A stretch of 63,877 nt of DNA, the filler included, from Licmophora abbreviata (taxonomy: Eukaryota): assembly GCA_900291995.1 (NCBI GenBank). It is 13 parts of 13 records of this genome, joined end to end, with 100 filler letters (N's around TTAATTAATTAA, not from the genome) between each part and the next. Parts side by side here need not be neighbours in the genome. Positions count along the whole stretch, not along the records: positions 34,861 to 38,265 come from OLMU01004901.1; positions 38,366 to 40,793 come from OLMU01004902.1; positions 40,894 to 42,663 come from OLMU01004903.1; positions 42,764 to 47,573 come from OLMU01004909.1; positions 47,674 to 56,003 come from OLMU01004910.1; 8 more parts are not named here. One strand, given 5' to 3'. Under the pieces are notes generated by a model, which saw nothing but the letters and a program-made list of their open reading frames with translations, was not told the DNA's origin and ran no database searches. The translations under genes were made by a program, and so were the position numbers. Of this stretch, positions 35,094-48,102 are shown piece by piece (the stretch's first letter is position 1; each line of letters begins with the position of its first letter).

Positions 35094-35604
35094 GGTGCCG
35101 TTCAAGTGCAACAACAAAGTGGATATGCTGTTGCGGTATGTTGTCGCGATACGGATCGTCGGCTACGTCGTCTTTTTGGAAATGGCGCCAACTTGATGTT
35201 TTATGGTTGGGTTATGGGGGCACTGAGTCAGTGTCTATTTCGGGTAAACAAGATAGAATATATTTATGTAGGTGTTCGGGATATCCGTTGAGAGCTGGCC
35301 AGCTTTATACTCTTTTTTAGTTTGCTTCATTTGGTGTTCGCGTCATTTCTCCGAAGATCCCGCCGGCACCAGCGCGATGAGATGATTTGAGATTGAGCGA
35401 GACACATCGCCGATGTTCACAACTTTGAAGCGTTGGGAAGGCCACAACTGTGAAAGGTGATGATACTGTGCGAATGAACAAACTGAACTGCAAAAGCCTC
35501 TTTGATCCCTTTCGTTGCATATATATGTACACATTGACGCCATATCAGCTCAGAACACGATATCCGCACGTACACATTCACTCCCCGCCTCTTTTGGGCT
35601 CGAA

Positions 35605-37607
35605 ATGAATGAGACAACAGCATTTTCCATCGACTAACAGCAAGCAGCATTAGCAATATTAGACGCCCAGACCAGGCTGTGGCGGCCGCTACCGAGACGG
35701 ATCCTCTGCTACTCAATACTCAGTCCGGTCAGCACCATCGAGGCTCGTTACGAGCAAGGCGTCGATCTCCAGACGAACAGCATCAACAAGCGACAGCAAT
35801 GAGGAGTGCAGAAGGATATGCGAGAGCGGACCAGCAGGAGTATGATCAGCAGCAGCAGCAACAACAACAGGAACAACAACAACAACAACAACAACAACAA
35901 AACAACAACATGCGGTGGCGACGAATTATCGCTCGACAACAACCACCACGCCAATAACGGGATCCAGAAGCGAAGCATCGACAGAAAACTCTTCTCTTCC
36001 TCGACTGCCACAGCATCATCATGGCGCGGACAATCACACTTTCTCGACCAGAGTGCCTTCTTCATCGACCTCCAGTCAGACCGGATCGCAACGGAGTCGG
36101 AGCACTGAATACCGGAATGTGTACGCCATTGGAGCCTATCAACAACGCAGTCTTGAGAATACGGCAGACCACCCACCTTTGCTCGAAATCCCTGAAGAGA
36201 TCTATACAGTTCGGAAAGCGGCACTCAAAGTCATGAAGCCATTGATTGCATCGTGGGTGAGTCCGCAGGATCTCTGTCATGATATTCCTTGTCGCTCTTT
36301 TATACTCGCAGACGGATGTCTCACTCTATGCTATTTTCTTGTCTCGATCGATAGCTCTTGGTTTCCATAGGATTCGCTATTACCGTACTTTTGGGAATGG
36401 CTCGATGGACACGGCTCTTGACTGAATTGCCCTATTGGTTCATTCTTCTCCCCTCGTGGTCTTCTCATGTTGCCTTGCTGTGGTGTCACATTAGGTCAGG
36501 CCGTGCCCTCAGTAAGTTCATTGCCGAAGCGAACGAAAATCGACAACGACCCGACTCGACCGACACCACGGATCGCACCGAGTACTTGCCTCTCCTGCAG
36601 CGTTCGCTCAAGTTTGGAGTAAAGACGGGCGTCTTGTCCTTTTGCATCTTTGTCTTTGAAGTTCTGCTGTACATCAAACTTGCCCGTGGACGCCTTTCCT
36701 TGGCCTTCACCATGACACCCATATGGATGCTGGTCGGTGGTGCCATTTTCGATGGTCTCGTATGCAAGACGCAACACTTTGTGCGATTGTTGTGTTGGAT
36801 ACTCATCTTCACTGCCATGATATTGACTGTACTTAAGATGGACTATGGCATGTATACGATACAATGGAGAATGGTCATAAGTCCGATCGTCGCGGTCCTG
36901 AGTATCTGCTCTGGAACACTCATTTACATTGTGTACGGACATCAGGTCGCATATTATCGATTGACGGAGGCGCAATTGACTGCAGGGATATTGTACTCCA
37001 TGTCGGCCTTAATTTGTGTCGTACTCGTCGTGTTGATTGGCGAAGTCATGCCGCTCGCACGTCCTGTCGAGATTGAAACGAGACTCTTTTTTGTTGTCAT
37101 GGCACCTCTTGTCGTTTGTTTGGTGGGCATGGGAGCGTGGGTTGTAAGTCGAGATGAGTTTGGACGACTGCTCTTGTATGGGGGTCAGGCGGCTGTACAT
37201 CCGCGAAAGCTACGATGGGAAAAGGATGGGTGGACAAGTGTCCAAAGTAAGGGAGTGTCGATTATTCCCATGTTTGGTGAAGTAACGTGAGTTGTCACTG
37301 TTGAAGTTATGTCGTCGATGTTGTTGGCTATGGATGTTGTGTACGCTAATGATATCTCTTGTTGTCATCTCTCTCATGTCTTTGTGTCGCCCGCAGTTAT
37401 TGTCCATTGGATGGGAGCGACAAGCCGAGACGTGTTGAACTCTGTTCTTGTTGCTGTTCCTGCTACCCCTACGAAGAGGAAGATGAGTTTTCGGCTTCGA
37501 ACGAAAAAGCTAGTTGGCAGAGCCACCCATACTTGGCTCCCACTGTGCCGATTCGAACGCTGAGTCGAAAGGGATCCGGGACGTCGTCTTTTGGGTCATC
37601 GGTTTAG
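35605..37607 (+). CDS. TMEM185/Fragile-X-F-like multipass membrane protein with polyQ N-terminus; introns 36257-36354 and about 37287-37397; apparent frameshifts at about 35625 and 35900
   Basis: PYWFILLPSW, FEVLLYIKL, TPIWML and LKMD...WRMVISPI repeats are TMEM185-like. There are 7-8 TM segments. Confidence 0.65.
35847..35910 (+). repeat. (CAG)/(CAA) trinucleotide microsatellite encoding polyQ
   Basis: cagcagcagcagcaacaacaacaggaacaacaacaacaac... Confidence 0.9.
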
Positions 37608-37682
37608 ACATCTAAAGTAGACACACGGACCTTTGGTGAATACCTCTTATTATGTCGTGACTATCGCACTATCGTTCTACTA

Positions 37683-39290
37683 TCAGCTCAAATATCGCTG
37701 CTTGAGTTTCTTCAAGATATTGAACTCTCGTCCTTTGAACTTCTGCAGCATCAGTTGAACTTCTTCCAGCTTTTCCGGTGCATGCTCCGTGACAATGTCA
37801 ATACATTGTTCGGCTGGACTTTTCCTTGCGGAGGCGTCGTCGCCGTACATGAGCTGACGAGGCGGCGGATCAGGGGTCCAGATTCGCCAGGTGCGACTTT
37901 CATCATGAATACGAAGAGACGAGTCACCGTCTGGCGATGTCTTGGCTTCCTCGAGCAGTGCATCGGCGGTTGAGAAATCTTTTTCTCTCCTCGCAACATC
38001 GCGCTGTTTCAAAAGACCATTGACGAGATCTGGGTCCACGCACGCATCATAGTCAGGGATTGTCGGTATCTGACGCCACGGCGCGAGATCACCCCATCTT
38101 CCATCTCCCTTGAGATCAGACACCGACTGGGGTACCTTGCGTCCGTCTAAAGAAACCCACCACATCTTGAGCCTATCGTCGACATGGACACCAAACTTGA
38201 GTTTGAGTTCTTCGCGCATGTCGTCGGACGCGTCATAATTCCTTCTCTTGCGAGCGTCGTCGCGGNNNNNNNNNNNNNNNNNNNNNNNNNNNNNNNNNNN
38301 NNNNNNNNNTTAATTAATTAANNNNNNNNNNNNNNNNNNNNNNNNNNNNNNNNNNNNNNNNNNNNAGCGTTTTTCACCACGTTGCATAGGATTGCCACCA
38401 CTGATCTGGGGGTCACCATCTCGTTCTTGAACATCCTCTCGAACATAGAGGGTGTGTCCATCCAGCGGATTATCTCTCATGATTTTTATTGCATTCATGG
38501 CCATATCCGTCGTCTCGTACTGAACAACACCAAAACCCTTCGATTCTCCCGTGTTCATGTCTTTACTAACGGAAGCGAAGACAACATCTCCGGCGACGCG
38601 GAAGTGATCCTTCACGTCTTGCCAGCTAGCATCCAACGGTAAGCCCTGCACGAAGACTCGTGTACCGCGGAAGTCCTGTCGAAACGTACGATTTTTCTCA
38701 TTGCGATCATCTCCCCGTCGAGGCTCCCCACGACGCTGATCAAAGCTCTCTCGTTCGCGGCGAGGTTGTCGAGACGAGCGCGAATCGGACCTGGAAGAGG
38801 AGGACGCCTCGCCGGCGGATGACGAACCAGAAGAGAATTTCACATTCTTTTCCATCCACGAGGAAGATCCAGATCGAGTGTCGTCCCTTTTGTGCTTACG
38901 CTTGGTGCTCATTCCCGGATTTTCTGTCGGTTCTTTCGTCTCCACAGTTGCCGTGCTTGACTCGCTGAAGGTGACGCCTTCGTCAAGGTGGTGGTCGTCG
39001 TCTTCTACTACTGAGAAGTCCGGCGGGACGTAGGGTTTCTTCGACTCAATCTCCTCTTCCGTCAGATGACGTTCGTCCACTGTAAAGTCTGACGGCGGTT
39101 CCCACACCTCATCACCAGCATCTTCCTGATTTTGGGGTGTCCCGACGAGCCGACGCGAGAGGGTACGGCGTGCGTCATGCCGGATGGAGGCAGATGACGT
39201 TCCAAACGATGCAACAGGCACGCTCCACTGAAACGCGCGTGCTCCAGCGAATGTTAACAGACTCATGCGCTTTGCCACTGTTCTCATCAT
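37683..39290 (-). CDS. Organelle-targeted RRM protein with C-terminal CysRS-anticodon-domain-like repeats; spans spacer 38266-38365
   Basis: RNP2 RVFVQGLP and RNP1 KGFGVVQY. After the gap come RDDARKRRNYDASDDMREELK.KFGVHVDDR..MW and RDVARREKDFSTADALLEE...IHDESRTW. N-terminus is ARAFQW. Joining the two halves across the gap is inferred. Confidence 0.7.
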
Positions 39291-39629
39291 TCTTTGTTTG
39301 AGTTTGTTGTATCAAAGTTTTGCGGACCATGAGATGTGTAATGTGAGGCGACGAAAACGACGCGACGAGATCTTTTGTGATGGCGCGCGAAAGAATCAAA
39401 AATGGGTGGCCCCACGGCGCGGGCTATGAGCGCGCCATAAGCTCGACGCCATCATAAAAAGAAAAGAAGTACAAGAACAGCAACACAAGGGACCTACAGA
39501 AGTAGAGTTTACACTTAAGTATCACTGTCGACGATGTGCAGGCTCTAACGAGTCGATTGCAGATTGAAGTGCGTTCTATTTTCTTAGAGATACCGCCGGT
39601 ATGACTTGCAGACGCCATATGGTGGCCGA

Positions 39630-40607
39630 CTACGACGACCGCCAATAACACACCAGTTCTTTGCCCGCCCGACTTGCTACACTGCAGGGGCTTTCAAACG
39701 GCTCTGAATCCATAGTTATCCCCAATGGTTCCAGCACGCGTTGATAGTCTTCTACAGACACTGGGTAAGGCGGTCCTCTCGTGACATCGTCTCCCGGTAA
39801 CACTGGAAAGATTATTGTCATCAGTTGACCCGTACTTGGACGGAGTAGTTCCTTCATTCGACTTGCCCACGATGATCGCATCGTAGGCCGCACGGCACAA
39901 AAGAAGGTATAATCAAGGATAAAGTCAAACTGTGTCTCTGCTGATAATTCCTCCAATCGGTGGCGCTCCTGATGTCGATATTCGTCGTCGTGGAGGTGAT
40001 TTGAATTCTCAAACACGGTATTCCAGGAAGATGCCTTTTCAAAGAAGTTCCCGCACTGCAAGTTGACGAGTGTACGCCTCATATGGATTCCATTTGACAC
40101 TAACACATCTTGAGCACTGTCCAAGGATGTAGGTGATACGTCGAGACCGACAACGACACTACCACAACCATCCGCCACCAAATTGTCTTGGTGATCTGCC
40201 AGAGTCAACAGGTCGTACCCCTGGCCACACCCAGGAACAAGTGTTCTCATCATGTTGTCATCAGATGCTATTCCTTTTCTTGTTTCGTCGTGACGCAACT
40301 TGTGGAGTTCATCAATGAGTAGCGGAGTCGGTTCGCCGAGGTTCCACGGCGTCAGGCCGTCTTTCCATAAGGTATCCCAAGCCGAGTGGAACTTATTGTC
40401 GGACCCCTTGCTGCTATCGTCTATCCTGGTTTGCATCCTCTTGACTAGTGTTCTCGTTTCTCCTCCAGATGAGCATTCATTGAACGACTTTGACGAAAAC
40501 TTGCGGACCATGATGGGATTTAGACGATACCGGCTTTTCTGCGCACATTTCAGAAACATTATGTCGCTCAAGAACACACGAACAAGAGCGATCCGCCTCC
40601 CACACAT
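39630..40607 (-). CDS. Halide/thiol methyltransferase (HOL/HMT, TPMT family); start uncertain
   Basis: WDTLWKDGLTPWNLGEPTP, LVPGCGQGYD, GLDVSPTS, FDFILDYTFFCA and GPPYPVS motifs. Confidence 0.9.
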   Translation of the reverse strand: MCGRRIALVRVFLSDIMFLKCAQKSRYRLNPIMVRKFSSKSFNECSSGGETRTLVKRMQTRIDDSSKGSDNKFHSAWDTLWKDGLTPWNLGEPTPLLIDELHKLRHDETRKGIASDDNMMRTLVPGCGQGYDLLTLADHQDNLVADGCGSVVVGLDVSPTSLDSAQDVLVSNGIHMRRTLVNLQCGNFFEKASSWNTVFENSNHLHDDEYRHQERHRLEELSAETQFDFILDYTFFCAVRPTMRSSWASRMKELLRPSTGQLMTIIFPVLPGDDVTRGPPYPVSVEDYQRVLEPLGITMDSEPFESPCSVASRAGKELVCYWRSS

Positions 40608-40893
40608 CGCGCTTGTTCAAGCTGTAACATAGAGGCCGGCGAAGACGTTAGAAGCGCCTTCAAGCACAGCCCAGAGAAGTGCAACAGGCAACAGTCTGGT
40701 GGATCATGTCACTTTGTCGCGTTCTTTTTTTTTCGAAGAAACGAAGTGTTGACCTGTACCGCGCGTCTCACTTCGGCAGCAGATTTTTGAGAANNNNNNN
40801 NNNNNNNNNNNNNNNNNNNNNNNNNNNNNNNNNNNNNTTAATTAATTAANNNNNNNNNNNNNNNNNNNNNNNNNNNNNNNNNNNNNNNNNNNN

Positions 40894-42663
40894 TAATATT
40901 ATTGGACAGTGCCGTGACTGTGGTCAAGCGACGGTAGTATTTGGCAATCATGCCCCCGGTCCACAAGACGATTCCGCGGTCTGTCCTGCGAATGCGGTAC
41001 TTCGGTGCCCCAGCGAGGAAGAGTTTCAACAGGCATTGCAAGACACTGTGGATCGTTTGCGAAATGAAGGTACCTTGACTATTATTGACACCGTATCGGA
41101 TGTCTCAAGTGGTCCGACTCCTCCCACCCCTGCCCCTCAGCCCAACGTTGCAGTTTGCACTGCTACAGGCTGGGGTGATCCCCATTTTATCACCTTTGAT
41201 GGTTTAAAATACGATTGCCAAGCCGACGGTGAAGTCGTTCTGCTCAAATCTTTGGACTCCGAGTTCGAAATCCAGGGACGCTTCTCCTCGGTTGGTTTCC
41301 CCACAGTCACTACCGGTGTCGTTTTGCGCCCGAGCTCTACTCTTCCCCGCATTCAAGTGTCCATGGCGACGGTCGAGGGTGCCCCCGCTAATGTGGCGGG
41401 TTGTCCAGTAGAGCTCTATGTGGACAGCACCAAGCGCGATCTGCTACCCGTATTCTCCATTGATGATGCGGCACTAGTTACGGTGGTCTCGGGTAACATC
41501 GAAGTGAGTTACACTTCAGGATTGAAAGCCTCGATGTCGGTCGCTTCCTATCGCGGGGTCTGTTACTTTTCGGTGGACTATGCCTTGCCCCCGGACTGCT
41601 TGTCCGACCAGCAACTGGTTGGCATTCTTGGGTCCCCCAATGGCAACTTGGAGGACGATTGGATGACAACCAATGGTACGGGTGTGGAGATTACGGATAC
41701 GTTGTATGAGCAAGCGTATAACTATTGCACTGAAAATTGGTGCATGCGAGATGCTGCCACCTCTCTCTTCACCTACGAGACTGGGAAATCTTTCAATGAC
41801 TTCTCCAACTGTGATGGTGGCTACGATGATTCTACAGAAACTGCTGTCTCCAATGCACCACAATGTGTTCGAGAGCTCTGCGGTGATGACGAGGGCTGCT
41901 TGATCGACGCAGTCACTCTCGGAACTGGTGCTGCACAAGACTACTTACTAAATGACGCTGTGAACCCACCCTCTGACTGTGGGTCGGCGAGGACTTGCTA
42001 TTTCTCTTGTTTGGCCGCAATGGATACGTGCAATGTCACTTCCGGGCTGTTCGATATTTGTCCCGACGGCAATCAAGATTCAACGTCAGTATACTGCGAC
42101 CAAGAAACTAGTGGGGGTGGCTGGATGTTGGCGTATTCGTACAAACATTTGTCTGGCGACAACGCTCCCCTCGTCAACGGTTTCATTCCGCTGGACCCGA
42201 ATGATGGTTACAGCCACTTTTTCATTAATAGCTTCCCAGGCTATACATTGGAAGATATTGAAAGCGTTCGCTTTTACTGTACAACGTCTCGTCACGATCG
42301 AGTCGTTCATTTTTTCAACAGCCATCCCAACGTCAAGACTGCTGCCTTCAACGGAAACATGCAAACAGCGCCGGCCATTTGGAACGACCAATGCTTGTCG
42401 ATTGAGTTAAATGGTCACAATGGCACTTTACCAGCACAAACCAACGGTGGCTTTTCCTCCTCGACTCTTGGCTTCGAAGGGTTTCCGTTTTTTCGAAGCG
42501 GACTGAACCACTGGGGTCTACGAGGGAATTTTGGGGGCTTCCGTTGGGAGTGCGATGACATAACCGACGGGGCCACTAATGGACTGTTCTACAACACGAC
42601 ACACAAGGTGTGGGTCAGAATGAAAGCATTTCCAAGTACGGATTCACCATCTGCAGCGCCGTC
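40894..42663 (+). CDS. Extracellular protein fragment with VWD domain and fibrinogen-C-like domain, PT/PSxxP linkers; partial at both ends
   Basis: CTATGWGDPHFITFDGLKYDCQ and GILGSPNGN..DDW (VWD). VYCDQETSGGGWMLAYSY (FReD-like). Linkers PTPPTPAP and PSTDSPSAAP. Confidence 0.8.
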
Positions 42664-42763
42664 NNNNNNNNNNNNNNNNNNNNNNNNNNNNNNNNNNNNN
42701 NNNNNNNTTAATTAATTAANNNNNNNNNNNNNNNNNNNNNNNNNNNNNNNNNNNNNNNNNNNN

Positions 42764-45700
42764 GGAAACGCAAAGACTGTACGGAATGACAATAGCAGTC
42801 GATTCGGCAAGTTCATTCAAATGCAGTTCGACGTGGAGGACGCTACCACCGCTCAGTTTTCGGGACGTGCCGTGCCAAACTGTGTCTTGGCAGGATCTAT
42901 GATACGTGCGAAACGTACTTGCTGGAAAAGAGTCGTGTAGTGGGACACGAAGAACAGGAACGAACATATCATGTGTTTTATCAGCTCTTGGCTGCTTCGG
43001 AAGATGTCAAGAAAAGCATCTGGGAAGGTCTCGTCGGCAAGACAAATGAGTCGTTTCGCTATGTGGGAGCTTCTGAAACGACAGCAATTGAAGGCATGGC
43101 GGATGGGGAGCGGTGGGAGCGAACGCAGAAAGCTTTGGAAATGTTGGATATTTCGGGAGAGAGCCTGCTGACGCTCATGCGAGCGCTGTGCGTCGTTCTG
43201 CAGCTAGGAAACATTGCGTTTGACGAGAATCCCTATGATAATGAAAAGTCGACCATCTCGTCGAGTGATGAATTGGCCGCGCTTGCGAGTTTGATGGGTG
43301 TCGAGGTGGATCCTCTGGAGAAGGCACTGACACATCGAACGGTAGTTGCTGGAAAGGAGAGTTACACGGTGCCACTGAAAGTCGCAGGTGCGCGCGATGG
43401 ATGCGACGCCTTTGCGAAGGAGATATACCAGCAAGCCTTCGACTGGCTTGTTCGGCAAATCAACTCCGTGACCTGTGCAGAAAGGAACTATGACGATGCG
43501 ATGGACGTGCAGGAATATGGTATGATTGGACTCCTCGACATCTTTGGCTTTGAATCATTTGAGATCAACCGTTTCGAGCAGGTACGGTCGAGGATTTGGC
43601 GTCGAGACAGTAAGCTTCGATCAGCGGAATGACACCATGACTGTTTCTGACACCTCTTTCCTTCACCAATGTGCGTGTTCACAGCTTTGCATCAACTACA
43701 CAAACGAGAAGCTCCAGCAGAAGTACACGCTGGACATCTTTCGAAGCGTTCAAGAGGAGTACGCCCACGAGGGCATTGAACTCGGCGACATTTCTTTCTC
43801 CGACAATGAGCACGTGCTTAGGTTGATCGAAGGACGTGTTGGTATCATTAGTGTTCTCAATGAAGAGTGCGTGCGGCCCAATGGAAACGATACCGCGTTC
43901 GTGTCGAAAGTGAAGTCTGTGAACAACGAATCTTCGTGTCTATTGAGCGAGAAATTACACACGCCAGTCGAGTTTGCCATTGAGCATTACGCTGGCACAG
44001 TCAAATACGACGCTACCAACTTCGTACAGAAGAATACGGATGCCTTACCGAAGGATATCGTCGAGTGTGCTTGTCTGAGTACGAACGAATTGATCAAAAT
44101 TGAGTTGAAGGCTGCAGCCGACGAAAAGTTAAAGGCTTATGGTGACAAAGCCCCAGGCAAGCGCGGCGCATCTACTCTCACAGTTGCGACCAAATTCAAA
44201 CACCAGCTAAGTAAACTCATGCACGACGTCACGAAAACGCAGACGAGGTACATTCGATGCATCAAACCTAATCCGGAAAAGGTCCCACTCGAGATGGACA
44301 TGTCGTCTTCGGCCGAGCAGCTGCGATGTGCAGGCGTCGTCGCGGCGGTAACAATCTCTCGAGTCGCATTTCCGAATCGACTGATGCACGAAACTACACT
44401 TGATCGCTTTGGATGTCTTGGCCACGTGTATCTTGATGAGGTTATGGAGGAGAAGAAAGAAGAAAATGGAATTGATGAGACGGGGTACCATGAAGCCATT
44501 TCTACTTTGTTGACACCAATTTTGAAAGATCTCGAGATTCAAGAGGAGGATGGCGATGTCTCCAAGGCGTTCGAGGTTGGAAGAAGCCGAGTTTATTTTC
44601 GAACGGGAGCCCTTGAATTCCTCGAAGCGAAACGTCTTGCTGCGCTGAATGCTTTTGCCATAAGAATGGAACGCGTTGTTCATGGATTCACGGCCCGGTC
44701 ACGGTTTTGGAGGATCAAGTATGCCACTATCGATTGTCAATCAAATGCGAGACGCAACCTTGCCCGGAAGTCCTTTTTGCGCGCAAGGAGAGCAGCTACC
44801 GCTTTGGATTGCTGGGTGCGATGTATGTACGCGAAAAAAGAGCTGGTCAATCTCCGACATATGAGGGCTTCTATCAAACTACAATCGAGGTCCGTTCTTA
44901 GAATTGACCTCACGTTGCCTCACTGCTATACAGATGCTTCTCTCTCAATCACACTCTCCTTGTTTGGTCCCCAGGTGGCGTACGACACTGGCACTGGTTA
45001 GACTGTCAAAATGTAAATCAGCCGCCACAACAATCCAACAGAGTGCGCGAGGCGCCATTCAGCGCCCTAAGTATCGCGAGGCGTTGCAGGAAGCGCAAGA
45101 AGAGGCGACAGTCAACACAAAGCTTGCCGCCTTACAGAAGCGTTTGCAGGAAGCGGAACTAAAATGGATCCAGGCCGATAAACAACGTGTCGAAGCCGAA
45201 AAGAGAGCAGAAGGATTCGCGGCCGTCACAATCTCTGCACCCGCGGGACTTTCCATGTCTGCAGAGACAGCAATTTTGTGCGATAAAGGGGCAAACGAGG
45301 AACGCGCCGAGGGTGATATGCCTCTGAGTCAGCAGCTTGAAAAGACACCAAAGCCTGTCACGTCCTCCCTGCAGCAACAGCTCCTTATCGACGAGAGCAA
45401 CCAGTAAGTGCTTCCAGAGACGCGCTGAACATACTTCAGCATATTGTTTGTTGACTAACCTTCGATTTCCTTGGCTGGCACCTCAGAATGCTGGAGTACT
45501 TCAGAAAGGAGGTTTTTAAGCTCAAGAGTGCTAACTATCTTCTTCGGACCGACCTGGTGAGTGCAAAACAGGAAGGCAAAAGCGTGCTCGCTCTCAACGA
45601 AGCGCTGGAAGCTTCACTTGCGGCAATGAAGAAAAATTTCAACAAGATGAGTACGAAAAACATGCGGCTGTCCGCCCACGCGGCAGCGCAGAAGGATGCG

Positions 45701-46459
45701 ATAGCAAAAGTCAACCAGGAGTTGAAGATGAAGAAAATCAAACATGCTAGCGAACTGAAGGGATGGCAGGAGAACATGGCAGAGAAAGATCGGCAGCATG
45801 ACAACCAAGTCGCGAAGTTGATGAGGGAGGTGGAAAGTATGCGCAAGGTCATCGCCAAGCTCCCAGCTTCCGCCAAGCCCCTGCCGGAGTATGAGCGAGC
45901 CTCGTTTAGGCCAGCTGCCAAGAACGCGCCCCTCAGACCGCAGAACGCGCCGGCAATGTCACGCGAGAACTCCATAGCAGAAATGTCGACAGCGTCGACC
46001 GTTTCGTCCCTAGATGAATGGGGCCATGATGGGTTCTATAGTCGGAACTCGGAAAAAGAGGGAGATCCAAAGCAGCCTTGGAAAATTGTCGTTTCACCGA
46101 AGAGAAAGAAAAACAGACGTCCGCCCTCGGGGAAGAGCGGTCGACATCAAAATCCCAAGTCAAATCCCCGCTACGGCGGTCGCAAGCCATGGAGGCCTCC
46201 GAAGGCTCCATCCTCATCGCTTGCAGCTGCAGCAGCTGAATCTGGTGGTTCAAGGGAAAATCAACCTCCGGGAGAGAGCGGACAACAACGCAGAAAGAGC
46301 AAAGTGAAACGATCTTCGTCGCAAAGCAGTCTCAGTAGCGCTGCCACGAGATCTACCGACTCCATCAGAACATCAACATCTCAAAGCAGTCTCGGCAGCA
46401 CGGCGGCGAAGCAGAAAACCACCCCGAAGGTCTCCAACAGAAAGGCTGGAAAGTCATAA
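42764..46459 (+). CDS. Myosin (motor domain, IQ motifs, coiled coil, basic tail); 5' partial; introns 43582-43684, 44890-44974, 45404-45486; frameshift at about 42900
   Basis: [74 protein letters not shown] and QLRCAGV motifs, plus IQ-like motifs. Confidence 0.95.
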
Positions 46460-46530
46460 AAGCTACGTCTAACAAGATGGCAAGTTTACAGGGTCTTGAA
46501 AGATGATTAAAATCTAATCTAGAGTAGAAG

Positions 46531-47806
46531 TCATATGTGTTTTCTTGACTTGTGCTTCTTCGAGGCTGGACCAGCAACGAAGTCAAACACATTGTCGGAC
46601 CCACCGCCCTGTTCTCTCACCCGCTTCTGCACATTGGACTTGAGAGCATCGATATTCGGCGTGGTCGCCGTACTAGCAGTTGGCGATTGAATCTTTTTCG
46701 CTCGCACAGGAACAATATGTGACGCTTCTTCCCGCGCCGCTCGTTTCGCCTGGCTTGTGGCTGCCGCCTGCGTCCGCTTGTCGACCAACCTGCGCGCTTG
46801 GCGCTCACGCTCCGACACAAAGTACTCTCCCGTATCGAGCTGCAAGTCAACCTTACGAGGCTCTTGCGCCGGTGGGAATGGTGTATATGATTTCTTGACA
46901 CGCTGCTTCTTCGGTGCCTTGCGAGGAACATTTTTCTTGTGGAACGTCGGGAGAAAGCGCGACCAATCTTCATTCGCCAGTTTGGGATCTTTCGCGAGTT
47001 CCTTTTGAATCATGAGGCGTTTTATGTTGTAGACGGGATGGATATTGTTCATGCAATCAATGACCACCTGTCGCGCCTGCTTCAACCCGACATGTGTATC
47101 TCCCATTATGGCGACCGTATTGCCCTGTACCAAAATGTAGCAGTTGGTCAAAAGCTCGAGTGCTTTCAACGTGGCGCCGTCGGGACCGACCAATCGCTGT
47201 CGCCGTTTGACAAATCGCTCCTTATTTCGTACCATACCTCCAACCTTGACAATATCGCAATGGCAGTCGTCATTCAAGATCTTGAGTGCCTGTGCGACAG
47301 GAATGCTTCGAGCTAAGAGCTTTAAGAGATCTCGTGCTTTCAATATAACGTATGGGTCGCTCGTTTTTCGAGTTGTCCGGACAGTCATGCTGCCTTCCAC
47401 TAGGTTCAGTTCACATGCAATCTTGTGCTTATCCAAAGCTTTCGTAACCACGGGCCAGACTTGACGAAGGTAGGCTTCTCGATACTTGGGGAAGAGCGTG
47501 GCGAAGCTGGATTCTTCCAAGAGGTGTCCGCCGGGTAGCTCGTCCTTTTCCGCATCCCATGCCTGATTCTCCCNNNNNNNNNNNNNNNNNNNNNNNNNNN
47601 NNNNNNNNNNNNNNNNNTTAATTAATTAANNNNNNNNNNNNNNNNNNNNNNNNNNNNNNNNNNNNNNNNNNNNCCGCATCCCATGCCTGATTCTCCCAAT
47701 GGTCCACATCGTCAGTATCCCAAGGCTTGTCTCGGCGATACTTCTTGTGGTTCTTGGTCTTGATGACGTTCCTTTCGTCGCCAATTTGGCTGCCGTCGTC
47801 CGCCAT
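46531..47806 (-). CDS. KRR1: KRR1 small-subunit processome component; spans spacer 47574-47673
   Basis: [60 protein letters not shown] and [13 protein letters not shown] motifs. Confidence 0.97.
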
Positions 47807-48102
47807 GGTCACCGTCGTACAATTGTTCTTCACGAAGAAAAAAATGAAAATGGGTGGTCAAGACGTCCTGAACGAAACTTTGGCCGGCCCGGGACGACTC
47901 ACTTGACTACCTCTCACATATCTACTCGCACACGGGCATATCCAATATTGCTAAGTAGTATTTTACTCTGCCGATTTGACTGTACTCATTATGAGCCACA
48001 TACGTAGAATTCTACTGTGACTCTTGTTTGAATGCCAAACGAATATTCGCGAAAATTTTGACAGTGGCGTGACTGCTCCACATTTTTACCACGAAACGCA
48101 CC

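Noticed and set aside
47550..47697. 24-bp direct repeat resembling a target-site duplication in KRR1
   Set aside because: Contig-end overlap across the spacer; merging the copies restores the KRR1 frame.
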